Notes: generated by a model not told the origin, from the letters alone. Positions 7,988 through 17,025 are shown, counted from the stretch's first letter. The stretch: 64,000 bases of DNA from SAR324 cluster bacterium (GCA_015231825.1 JADGAV010000002.1:9914-73913); one strand, 5' to 3'. Numbers and translations: made by a program.

Positions 7988-10560
7988 GATTGTGGATCAA
8001 GCTCGCCATCAAGGAAATTCGCAATAATTCGCGTTTCAGTTTATTTTTTATCGTCAATTTGACGTTGGGATTGATTGGGTTCATTGCATTGGATTCTTTC
8101 AAAACTTCAATACATCATCACTTGGAAAACAACTCAAAAGCAATCCTGACCGCCGATATCAGTGTGCGTTCCAATCAACCATTCACGTCTCAGGAAATAG
8201 AATTGTTCACCGAGATAATGGGGAAAGATAGCGAGAAGGCCGAACAAATTCATTTCATCTCCATGATTGCCGGAAAGAAGAATTCCAGGATGGTCCGCAT
8301 TATTGGTATTGATGGTCAATTTCCCCTTTACGGAAACATCGTACTAAAAAACGGAGGAGTCGTACAAAGCCAAGAAATACGTGAGCCCTTACTTACTCGC
8401 CACTCTGTCTGGGCTGCGAAGGATTTGATGCTCGCCTTTGAATTTGATGAAGGCGATTCGGTGAAAATAGGACAATCCTCATTTGAGATTGTAGACACCA
8501 TTCTGGAAGATCCGACCAGCACGGCTTCTTTTCTTGCCGGAATTCCCACTGTTTATATGGGGATTGAACAAATCCAAAGTACAGGTTTGGTTCAACTGGG
8601 AAGCCGGATTCGCTATGAACGTTTTTATAAGCTCCCCGTTGGAACCGATTTAGAACTGCTCGAGGAGAAACTCCGCCAAAAACTGGAAGATCTTTATCCC
8701 GGATCACCAAAAATTAGGGTGGAATCTCATAAAGATGCAAGTCAGCAGTTGGGAAGAACCTTGGGATACCTGAATGACTATTTGGGCTTGGTTGCCTTGA
8801 TTGCTCTATTTTTGGCGGGAGTTGGAGCAGCCTATTTATTCCGGAGTTTCCTCACGGATCGATTCAAAGAAATGGCTATTCTAATTAGCCTCGGGGCCAC
8901 TCGAAGAGATGCTTATCTGATGACTTTGGTGCAAATCACCATTCTCGGATTTGTCAGCGCCGTTTTGGCCAGTCTGCTGGCGTATTTGTTTCTTCCCCTT
9001 TTGCCGACCATGTTGGTAAATTTTCTTCCAAAAGGATTTGTCAGTTCGATGGGGTGGAGTAGTTTGGTCCTTGCTTTTTTTATGGGAACTCTGGGCAGCG
9101 TCATCTGCTGCTTACCGATCCTGGCGCGGATCTACAGCCTCAATCCAATTGCTTTATTCCATGAAAATGTGATCCCCACTCGGGTAGACCATCTTCCCTG
9201 GCTTAAAACTATTTTGAGTTATCTTCCCATTTTGGTGATTTATTGGATACTGGCTGTCTGGCAGGCTCATTCATGGATCATCGGCAGTCTGTTTGTCGGC
9301 TTGTTTTTAGGATCGCTTCTCATTTTGGGTTTGGTCGCCTGGGGGCTATTGTCTGCATGCGGCAAAGTGTCCAATCAAAGAGGGGTGACCTCCAAAATTG
9401 CATTAAGAAACCTCAATCGTAACAAAGTTGGTGCAATTTCCTGCTTTCTGGCAATTGGATTGGGATCGCTGCTGATCAACCTTATTCCCCAGATTCAGGG
9501 AGGCCTTCAGGAAGAGATCAGTCAACCGCTCAACGTCAAAGTCCCCAGTTTTTTTCTTTTTGATATCCAACCCGATCAAGTGGATTCGTTGAAAGCCTAT
9601 CTTCAGGAAGAAGAATATCAACTGTCTTATCTTTCTCCGATGATTCGTGCGCGTCTGGAGGAAGTCAACAACAAAACCTTTGACTCCAACCGGGAAGAAG
9701 CGGCTATGACCCGGGAACAGGAAAGGGAACGCCGTTTCAGAAACCGTGGATTCAATTTAACCTATCGAGGTGAATTGAAGGACTCCGAATCATATGTTGA
9801 AGGAAAACCACTTTCCCCCCTTTACAACGCAGACGCCGAAGGACTACCAGAAATTTCATTGGAAGAACGCTTTGCAAATCGCCTGGGACTTCAGATTGGT
9901 GATGAATTGACCTTTGATGTACAGAGCGTGCCGATCACTGGCAAAGTGGTTAATTTCAGGAAGGTCAAATGGAACAGTTTTCAACCGAATTTTTTCGTTC
10001 TTTTTCAACCGGGAGTTTTGGAAGAAGCCCCGAAAACCTTTCTTGCTGGAATTTCTAATGTGGAGGCCGAACGAAAACTTTTGCTGCAAAATGGAATTGT
10101 CCAGCGCTTTCCAAACATTTCGGTCATTGATGTTTCCCGGATTGTCTCACGCATACTGGACATCACGGACCAAATCAGTTGGGCCATTCGAGTGATGGCC
10201 TATCTCTCAATAGTAGCGGGATTGGTGGTATTGTTTTCTATTGCTCGGTACGAAGTTCAGCATCGATTTTGGGAAATCAATCTGCTGAAAGTTTTAGGGG
10301 CACGTTTCGAGGATGTACGCTCAATTGTTCAAATTGAATTTGGTATTCTTGGATTTTTTGCAGCTGTCTTTGGGGTGCTTTTGAGCAATCTGATGTCTTT
10401 TGCAATTGCCTATATCATCTTTGAAAGCATCTGGAGTTTTTCCTGGCTGATGACCTTTTTCAGCATAATCGGTATCAGCCTCCTCAGTGTCGCTACTGCT
10501 CTTTTGGCGACCCACCATCTACTTCGAAAAAAACCATTGGAATTACTGAAAGCCACTTGA
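7984..10560 (+). CDS. ybbP: FtsX-like ABC permease with duplicated MacB-PCD/FtsX modules (YbbP-like)
   Basis: 858 aa; two 4-TM FtsX blocks, each preceded by a large periplasmic domain; ATGA overlap with the upstream ATPase. Confidence 0.8.
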   Translation: MRLWIKLAIKEIRNNSRFSLFFIVNLTLGLIGFIALDSFKTSIHHHLENNSKAILTADISVRSNQPFTSQEIELFTEIMGKDSEKAEQIHFISMIAGKKNSRMVRIIGIDGQFPLYGNIVLKNGGVVQSQEIREPLLTRHSVWAAKDLMLAFEFDEGDSVKIGQSSFEIVDTILEDPTSTASFLAGIPTVYMGIEQIQSTGLVQLGSRIRYERFYKLPVGTDLELLEEKLRQKLEDLYPGSPKIRVESHKDASQQLGRTLGYLNDYLGLVALIALFLAGVGAAYLFRSFLTDRFKEMAILISLGATRRDAYLMTLVQITILGFVSAVLASLLAYLFLPLLPTMLVNFLPKGFVSSMGWSSLVLAFFMGTLGSVICCLPILARIYSLNPIALFHENVIPTRVDHLPWLKTILSYLPILVIYWILAVWQAHSWIIGSLFVGLFLGSLLILGLVAWGLLSACGKVSNQRGVTSKIALRNLNRNKVGAISCFLAIGLGSLLINLIPQIQGGLQEEISQPLNVKVPSFFLFDIQPDQVDSLKAYLQEEEYQLSYLSPMIRARLEEVNNKTFDSNREEAAMTREQERERRFRNRGFNLTYRGELKDSESYVEGKPLSPLYNADAEGLPEISLEERFANRLGLQIGDELTFDVQSVPITGKVVNFRKVKWNSFQPNFFVLFQPGVLEEAPKTFLAGISNVEAERKLLLQNGIVQRFPNISVIDVSRIVSRILDITDQISWAIRVMAYLSIVAGLVVLFSIARYEVQHRFWEINLLKVLGARFEDVRSIVQIEFGILGFFAAVFGVLLSNLMSFAIAYIIFESIWSFSWLMTFFSIIGISLLSVATALLATHHLLRKKPLELLKAT

Positions 10561-10563
10561 TTT

Positions 10564-10600
10564 GAGAGGAAGGAAAACCTTCCTCTCTAGATGTATTTTC
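10564..10600 (+). terminator. Rho-independent terminator candidate after ybbP
   Basis: Perfect 10-bp stem GAGAGGAAGG-aaaa-CCTTCCTCTC 4 nt after the stop, followed by a TATTTT-containing tail. Confidence 0.5.
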
Positions 10601-11071
10601 GTCAGAAATAAAAACCAGAGCCTGAACATTCAGCTCGCTTGACCGACGGTAAAAGTTTTATCCATTAGCTCCGGGAGCTGATGGTTCATTTTCGATTTCT
10701 GACATAATACATTCGCCATTAATCATGATCACCTCCTTTCTTTAAAGTTACAAAAGTACTCCGGAAAAATTAAAGAACGCATCTTCTAGCAAATGCTGAT
10801 TTGTTTTGCAACGGTTGTTTTGAAACGCTCAATAACAGCGGAGGAATAAGAGATTTGCCTGCAAAATGCTTCTGCAAACACATTGTAAATTCAGAAATAG
10901 CCATCTGATTGAATCCGAACTTTTTTTCATAAACCGCCTCGAACTGGACATGCCTCTCAATCAATTGTATATTTAGAGCAGCATTTCCTTGGTATCGTTT
11001 GAGAAAGACAGACGGCGGGAATCTGCTTTACGAAAAATCGAAATTACAGTGAAGCAAGAGATCAATTCGTA

Positions 11072-13270
11072 ATGAAAAAACAAATAAATATTCCAAAACG
11101 TAAAAAAATGCCTGATCCGATTCGTCGTCAACGTCCTGCTGTTTCGGAGGACGACGCGGTTCGGGAGGAAACGCCTTCTGCACTTGAAGAACCCGAAGAA
11201 AATCGAAGGATTGCAGAAGATGAAGCAGTGGATCTCGAAGAGTATTCTGAAAATCTGGACATGCATAGAAACGATGTTTTTTCTTCTCTGGTACCCACAC
11301 AGGAAGATGATGAATCGAGTTTGCGCTTCAACTTTGTGCGTCCCTTGGTGGACTATTTTAAACATTTGGAACAGACGCTTGTCGACGAATTAAGCGACCC
11401 GGATTCTTTTGACACGGAAGAGATAGAAGGTGAATTTCCTGATGTTGTTGCTCAAGATGAGCTTCAATTTGATGAGTTGAGTATCAACGCCGCGGTGACG
11501 CTTTGCAGGGAGCTTGAGACCTATCTTCGCAGCCGTCTTTCCGATGAGCAGTTCAACGACATTCAATCTGTCTACCTCTTTTATGAGAGCTCTGAACAAT
11601 TGCTGGATATGATCAAACTTCTTTTTATCGGAGATTTGGTTGCCAAGGAAAAAGTTGTCCGGATTTATGGTTCCAAAGTTTTTGGGACATTTAAAGTGGT
11701 TCAAATGATTTTGGATACAGCAGCAATATTTGAAGGAATGGATGAAACTGAAGAACGAAACTCCCGGAAAATGCTGCAAAAATATGCAGAAGATCCCTTG
11801 AGGCAGTTTAAGAAGTTCTTTTTTGCTTCTGAGCAAAAGCAGATTCCCAATACTGGAAGCGGATTGGCGGATGGAGTGCGAAACACCTTGGCCAGCAGAG
11901 AACCTCTGTTTGTAAAAAGTGATGACTATAACAAGATTTTGGTCAATTTCAGGAAATTCATTCTTTCTTTATATGCGGATCCCTTTGTGCTGGAGTATGT
12001 GAAATGGAAAGACAGATATATGCGGCACTGGTTGTTTCATGAACTGCATCAATTGGATATACAGAATATGAAATCCAGTGAAATAAAAATTCCGCAATAT
12101 AGTAACATCAAGTGTAAAATCTATCAGCAGTTGGATCAAAATTTTTCCAGTTTGGAGCGATCAAACCGGATTTTTGATAAATCGTTGGAACTCAGGAAAA
12201 CCCATTTTCTCGCATTTCGTAACGGAGAGTCCTTCATGCAGGGTGCTGAGGAGGCCAGTCGAATGGCCTTGGAGAAAGCAAGGGAACACGAGAAGGCGTT
12301 GCTGGATTCTTTGAATTCTGCACAAATCAATGCAATTGCGGAAAAAATTCACATAGAAATTGCTGAAATTCGACGTAACAAAAAGTTAGCAGGCAAAGCT
12401 CCTCGAAATGTAAATTTGCGTTCTGTGGATATGAGTTCAGAGAAGAAAGCAGAAAAAAAATACATGGCGGCCACTGCCAAAATCCAGATCACCCAATCCA
12501 AACAACGAAGTCTTCCTCCTCCACCTAAATTCCTGCAGGCTATGGGGAAAATCGCTAGAAATTTAGTCATGCGTGGGAAAAGCACAGCTTCCCCTGTTAC
12601 AGAACAAAAAACGCCGGAAACACATTCCCAACCCGACATTCTTCCTCGCGCGGAAGGGAATTTGGAAGGGCCCCTGGAAAAGGTGGAAGTCGATTGGACC
12701 GGATATGGGAAGGAATTCAAGACGACAGTTTACGAACGCACCTTTCCTAATTTACAGGAAAGATTTTTTGAACATGGCCAATTCCAATTGAGGTTAAATC
12801 AGCACTTTATTGAAGCCAGTGATGCAATTCTGGAATATTATAAAGACCTCGGCTATCTTCAATCCACTCGACATAAAATTGCGATTTCTTCCGAAAGCGG
12901 AGATGGCGTCAAAGCCTTTGTGGACGAAGCTATTTACCTCAGAATCAGTGCGGAGATGTTTCTGGCACTGGGGCGAGCTCCATTCAGTAAGAATGCGGAG
13001 CCTACGCACTATCTGCAAATCTATCAAAACAAACCCATAAGAGTGAAAAAAGGGGCGTTGAAAAACATTGATTTTTCAAGAATGGCTGAAGGTCTAAGAT
13101 ATGAATTGGAAGATACTGAAAATGCTGTGGTACTTCGCCCTTTATTGTTTAAAAGTCTAATAAAAATCATTGACAGCCTTCCTGATCAAATCCGTAACCA
13201 GCACCAAGCTTTTCTCAAAGGAATGGTTCGATTTTTAGAAAGCGATCATGCTGCTCAGTCAACCAGTTGA
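11072..13270 (+). CDS. Hypothetical 732-aa cytoplasmic protein, acidic N-terminus, no recognisable domain
   Basis: Long uninterrupted ORF with a plausible start; no TM segment and no Walker, HEXXH or other motif seen; first ~120 aa very D/E-rich; the C-terminal two thirds look alpha-helical. Confidence 0.5.
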   Translation: MKKQINIPKRKKMPDPIRRQRPAVSEDDAVREETPSALEEPEENRRIAEDEAVDLEEYSENLDMHRNDVFSSLVPTQEDDESSLRFNFVRPLVDYFKHLEQTLVDELSDPDSFDTEEIEGEFPDVVAQDELQFDELSINAAVTLCRELETYLRSRLSDEQFNDIQSVYLFYESSEQLLDMIKLLFIGDLVAKEKVVRIYGSKVFGTFKVVQMILDTAAIFEGMDETEERNSRKMLQKYAEDPLRQFKKFFFASEQKQIPNTGSGLADGVRNTLASREPLFVKSDDYNKILVNFRKFILSLYADPFVLEYVKWKDRYMRHWLFHELHQLDIQNMKSSEIKIPQYSNIKCKIYQQLDQNFSSLERSNRIFDKSLELRKTHFLAFRNGESFMQGAEEASRMALEKAREHEKALLDSLNSAQINAIAEKIHIEIAEIRRNKKLAGKAPRNVNLRSVDMSSEKKAEKKYMAATAKIQITQSKQRSLPPPPKFLQAMGKIARNLVMRGKSTASPVTEQKTPETHSQPDILPRAEGNLEGPLEKVEVDWTGYGKEFKTTVYERTFPNLQERFFEHGQFQLRLNQHFIEASDAILEYYKDLGYLQSTRHKIAISSESGDGVKAFVDEAIYLRISAEMFLALGRAPFSKNAEPTHYLQIYQNKPIRVKKGALKNIDFSRMAEGLRYELEDTENAVVLRPLLFKSLIKIIDSLPDQIRNQHQAFLKGMVRFLESDHAAQSTS

Positions 13271-13304
13271 CTCCCTTGTTAACTTTTAAAATCCCCTTTT
13301 TTGT

Positions 13305-14348
13305 ATGTTGAAACCACGCACCATCGTTATCTGTTTGACTGTCATAATTTTGACAGCCTGGAGTGCAGCGATTGTTGCTGTTGAAAACCTGGCAGTCAAA
13401 TCAGCAATTGATAAAACTGTCCTCACAACAGGAGATTTTTTAGTTTTTCAAGTTGAAGTCTCTCATCCAGGTCATATTCAATTGAAGCCTATTTCCTTGA
13501 ATCAGTATTTTGAAGAGGGAATGGATGTGGAGCCTATTGTACCCAGTGAGTCTCCAATGGACTCTTCTGAAGAAGGAAATTGGCTGTCCCGATGGTGGCC
13601 TTTTGAAAAGGAAGAAAAGGTCTCTCTCCAAAATACATTCTGGTCCTGGCGACTTTGGCCAACTCGGGAAGGTTCCTGGACCATCCCAGAAATCTCAATC
13701 CAGAGTGTCCAAACTGATAAAGAAGGAAACTCTGCTCTCTTTCACGGCAGTACTCAGACCTTGACTTTTACTGTGAACTCAATTTTCAAAGACCAGGAGA
13801 ATCCGGTCCTGAAAATAAATAAAAATATGCCTGAAGTTCCTCTGACTATCCCCTGGCTTTGGTTGACCACGGCAGGAATCATTGTGATTTTCCTCGGCCT
13901 TGCATGGGTGTTTTACAAACGCAGAAAACGTCCACTTGAAGTTGAAGCTGAAGAGCTGCCGCACGAGCGGGCACTCCGTCGATTGAAGGAGTTGGAACAG
14001 TTTTTGTTGACTAATCCTCAGGAGGTTCATCAATACTACTATTTGCTTTCAGAAATATTTCGCGAGTATTTGGAAAAGCGATTTGGATTCTCCGCAAGCA
14101 GCATGACTACACAAGAATTCTTGCCCATGCTGGAAGCAGAAACATCCTATACTGCTGAGGAGCGAAACCGGATTGTTTTACTGACCCAAAAGTCTGATTT
14201 GATAAAATATGCAGAGGTTTCGCCCATGCGCAAAGAAATGGATGACGCATATCGGGAGGTGATCGAACTGGTTGAAAGAACGGCTTATATTGGCGAATCT
14301 GATCCGGATGAAGAAACAAAACATCGAAAATTCCGGGAGGCCTCATGA
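13305..14348 (+). CDS. BatD-like periplasmic domain fused to a single TM and a DUF4381-like cytoplasmic tail
   Basis: Signal peptide 'IVICLTVIILTAWSAAIVAV', then a ~170-aa beta-rich periplasmic region, the TM 'WLWLTTAGIIVIFLGLAWVFY' followed by a KRRKRP stop-transfer, and a helical tail ('ALRRLKELEQFL') resembling DUF4381. ATGA coupling to the VWA gene. Confidence 0.45.
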   Translation: MLKPRTIVICLTVIILTAWSAAIVAVENLAVKSAIDKTVLTTGDFLVFQVEVSHPGHIQLKPISLNQYFEEGMDVEPIVPSESPMDSSEEGNWLSRWWPFEKEEKVSLQNTFWSWRLWPTREGSWTIPEISIQSVQTDKEGNSALFHGSTQTLTFTVNSIFKDQENPVLKINKNMPEVPLTIPWLWLTTAGIIVIFLGLAWVFYKRRKRPLEVEAEELPHERALRRLKELEQFLLTNPQEVHQYYYLLSEIFREYLEKRFGFSASSMTTQEFLPMLEAETSYTAEERNRIVLLTQKSDLIKYAEVSPMRKEMDDAYREVIELVERTAYIGESDPDEETKHRKFREAS

Positions 14349-15337
14349 GGTTCGAAAGTCCCTGGCTGCTATTACTTTTGCTGATGGTCCCTCTTTGGTG
14401 GTGGTTCCTGACTAAAAATCGTAAATCTCAGTTTGTCCATTTTTCAGGGGTGGGCACTCTGCAATCATTTGCACGTAATTCCTGGTGGAGTCATCCCCTT
14501 TTCCTACCGGCTATCCGATGCCTGGTTTTGATTCTGTTGATTCTCACTATCGCCCGCCCTCAGACTGGGCGATCTTTTTCAAAGATTTTAACAGAAGGTG
14601 TGGACATCGTCTTGGCGTTGGATGTGTCAGGAAGCATGCGTGCCCTTGATTTGAAGCTCAATAATGAAAGAGTGACACGCCTTGAAGTATTGAAAAAAGT
14701 GGTTGGAGAATTTATAGAAAATCGTCTCAATGATCGTGTTGGTATTGTTGTTTTTGGAGAAGAAGCATTCACTCAAGCGCCGTTGACGCATGATCACAAA
14801 TTACTGTTAGGATTTTTGGAGCAGATTTTTATTGGATGGGGAGGGGATGCAACGGCGATTGGAATGGGAATTGGCCACAGTGCCAAGCGTTTAAAAGATT
14901 TAAAGGCGCCCACAAAACTGATCATTTTAGCAACCGATGGCCAAAATAACGCGGGCCACATCACACCTGCCGAGGCAGCCAGGGCTGCCAAAGATCTTGG
15001 TATAAAAATATATACGATCGGGGTTGGATCCCGCGGAAATGCCCCCATCGAAGTCGACAGTGTTTTCGGGAAAAAAATTGTAAATGTCCCGGTTTCGATT
15101 GATGAGGAAACGCTGACCAAAATTGCGGAAACCACCGGAGGACGCTACTTTCGTGCAACGGATACCGAGTCTCTTCAGAAAATTTATCAAACCATTGACG
15201 AATTAGAAAAAACCGAAGTGGAAGTGAAGGAATATTATGAATATGAAGAGCAATATGCAGTTTTCCTGATCCCAGCCCTTCTGCTTTTTCTTTTGGAATT
15301 TATTTTGGCTCGTACTCGTCTGAGAAGATTACCCTAA
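14345..15337 (+). CDS. BatA-type von Willebrand factor A (VWA) domain membrane protein
   Basis: Two N-terminal TMs, MIDAS motif 'ALDVSGSM', 'LATDGQNN' and 'TIGVG', plus a C-terminal TM; topology identical to BatA of Bat aerotolerance operons. Confidence 0.8.
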   Translation: MRFESPWLLLLLLMVPLWWWFLTKNRKSQFVHFSGVGTLQSFARNSWWSHPLFLPAIRCLVLILLILTIARPQTGRSFSKILTEGVDIVLALDVSGSMRALDLKLNNERVTRLEVLKKVVGEFIENRLNDRVGIVVFGEEAFTQAPLTHDHKLLLGFLEQIFIGWGGDATAIGMGIGHSAKRLKDLKAPTKLIILATDGQNNAGHITPAEAARAAKDLGIKIYTIGVGSRGNAPIEVDSVFGKKIVNVPVSIDEETLTKIAETTGGRYFRATDTESLQKIYQTIDELEKTEVEVKEYYEYEEQYAVFLIPALLLFLLEFILARTRLRRLP

Positions 15338-15421
15338 AGGTGCGGAGTGGAAACGGCTTGCAAAATAAGAAATTGTTGACTTCATTGTACGGTCTGCAGC
15401 AATGCTTTAAAGGATTTTATT

Positions 15422-15910
15422 TTGAATAATTTTGAAAAAAGAATCATTACAGTATGTCTGGTGCTTACCTTTTCGTGGATTTACTTTTCGGGATCTTATC
15501 TGATGGCTGCGCCGCCGGGTTTGATCATATTGGAAAGAGCGGAGAGCGATTTAGACTTTTTTCAAGAAGAACTCACTCGTGTCACTCGATCGTTGGGACC
15601 TTCTCCAGAAAGTCAGGGGATTCAATCCATGATCGTGATGATTCATAATCTGAAACGTGAATTGTGGCTCGCGAAAAAACTGCTTCTGGTGAAAGATGCG
15701 GTGAAGTCGGAGCAAGACAAACAAGCGGTCAAGTTTATTGTCGGACAAGACTTTGATGAACTGATTGCTGAAGCACAAAAAATTGTCACACAGCTCAAAT
15801 CGAGTTTACGACGAACCCGCCATGGGAATTTGTTTCGATATAATGACGAATTGGCTCAATTTCTTGAAGTTTACATCGAAGGTCTGCGCTTTGTGCAATC
15901 CAATCTCTGA
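15422..15910 (+). CDS. Hypothetical small exported protein
   Basis: 162 aa; N-terminal hydrophobic signal or anchor, then a helical charged domain; no identifiable family. Confidence 0.4.
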   Translation: MNNFEKRIITVCLVLTFSWIYFSGSYLMAAPPGLIILERAESDLDFFQEELTRVTRSLGPSPESQGIQSMIVMIHNLKRELWLAKKLLLVKDAVKSEQDKQAVKFIVGQDFDELIAEAQKIVTQLKSSLRRTRHGNLFRYNDELAQFLEVYIEGLRFVQSNL

Positions 15911-15986
15911 ACATCAGGAAATTTCTCCACTTATTGTTCTCCATATTGATCGTTTACATTTCTAATGCTTTCGACTTCAAAGCTAC

Positions 15987-16024
15987 TGTTAAGAAATTGC
16001 ATGCATGTTAAGGAATTGCATGCA
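15987..16024. repeat. Tandem 19-bp direct repeat (TGTTAAGRAATTGCATGCA x2), each with a TGCATGCA palindrome; putative operator
   Basis: Copies at 15987-16005 and 16006-16024 differ at one position; they lie ~70 bp upstream of the vapB-like pseudogene. Confidence 0.5.
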
Positions 16025-16094
16025 ATATAATGAAAATTGCCTTATGCCTCGAGTTGCATAATTCATTTATTAAATTTTTATAGAAGTGGATGCA

Positions 16095-16286
16095 ATGAAA
16101 TCTTTACAAGTGAGAGAGGTCCCGGAACACATTTAAAAGAAATTGCTCGAAGAATCCAAAAATAATCACCGCAGCTTGTCACAGCAGGTTATAGCCGCGT
16201 TAGCCCGGGGGTTGGACACTCCGCTTTCCCCGAAAGCAAAAAGAAGAGAGCTTTTGGAAAAAATAGGAATGAGGGGATTCAATTAG
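16095..16286 (+). pseudogene. VapB/FitA-like antitoxin remnant with in-frame TAA at codon 14
   Basis: ATG at 16095 encodes 'MKSLQVREVPEHI*KKLLEESKNNHRSLSQQVIAALARGL...', which matches the FitA/VagC 'VRNLPDEVHRALRVRAAQHGRSMEAEVREIL' pattern. The stop codon at 16134-16136 is in frame. Confidence 0.5.
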
Positions 16287-16338
16287 AGATTAAGCCTGCA
16301 AGAAAGCCGGTCGAATTAATTCGAGGAGACAGGGATCG

Positions 16339-16722
16339 ATGATTTTAATGCTGGATACAAGCGTTGCTTTTGAACTTGTTCTCAATCGCGAAAATTCCAA
16401 TAAGTTCAGTTACTTTTTGTCAGAAGCAGATTGAGTTGTTGCTCCGGGTATCTTCATTTAGGAAGTCACCAATGTTTTCTGGAAATACTTCCGGTTTGGT
16501 GATATTCCATTGGAACAATACGAAGAACTTATCGATTCTTCAATCGGAATTGTTGATGAGTTCGTAAACAGCCAGGAACTCTGTCGGTAAACTTTTCCCA
16601 TGTCCTGCATGATGCAGTATCCGACTTGTGACATACTTTTCATTACACTCGCCAAAAGATATAGTGGAACGCTGTTAACTCACGATAAGAAATTGCTCAA
16701 GATTGAAAAAAACAATCAGTAA
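16339..16722 (+). pseudogene. VapC-like PIN-domain toxin remnant with three in-frame stops (TGA, TAG, TAA) and no frameshift
   Basis: One frame of 128 codons reads 'MILMLDTSV...SEAD*VVAPGIFI*EVTNVFWKY...ELCR*TFPMS...YPTCDILFITLAK...LLTHDKKL'. The PIN signatures (DTSV, xYEV, D..L..A, LLT.D) are kept, and the TAG sits at the conserved Tyr of 'YEV'. Confidence 0.55.
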
Positions 16723-17025
16723 AAACAGTCTAATATGGTAAGCCAGCTTGGTAATTGGAAACATCGCCAATTTTTCGAAAGCATTTCGTTTTTGCATCTT
16801 TAGTACGCGGCACAGAGCTGGGAAATATAGCAATCGCGTTACGATGGGTCTTGGTCCAAAAATCTTTCCGAACTCATTTAGTAAATGAAGCTCGTAGTCA
16901 AAAAAGAGATATGTTAGTTTAGTGAAAATGTTCTTCTTGATATCCTTATTTTTTGCGGTACGGCTTAATGGAGATTCAAGATTTGAACGAATGAGAAAAA
17001 AGAAATTGAAAAATCAAGGAGAAGC

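Noticed and set aside
10770-11365. Two minus-strand ORFs (64 and 130 aa) between ybbP and the 732-aa gene
   Set aside because: Both need TTG-type or poorly supported starts, lack an RBS, and overlap the 5' end and promoter of the 732-aa gene; the composition looks non-coding.
16095-16722. Possibility that the in-frame stops in the TA pair reflect stop-codon reassignment or programmed readthrough
   Set aside because: All other genes in the window end on standard TAA/TAG/TGA codons with sensible lengths, and the three different stop codons would all have to be reassigned. Simple pseudogenisation explains it better.
16740-17025. Possible tRNA or ncRNA in the 290-bp spacer upstream of tldD
   Set aside because: No T-loop (GTTCRANYC) or anticodon-arm architecture found by eye; the region is AT-rich and promoter-like.
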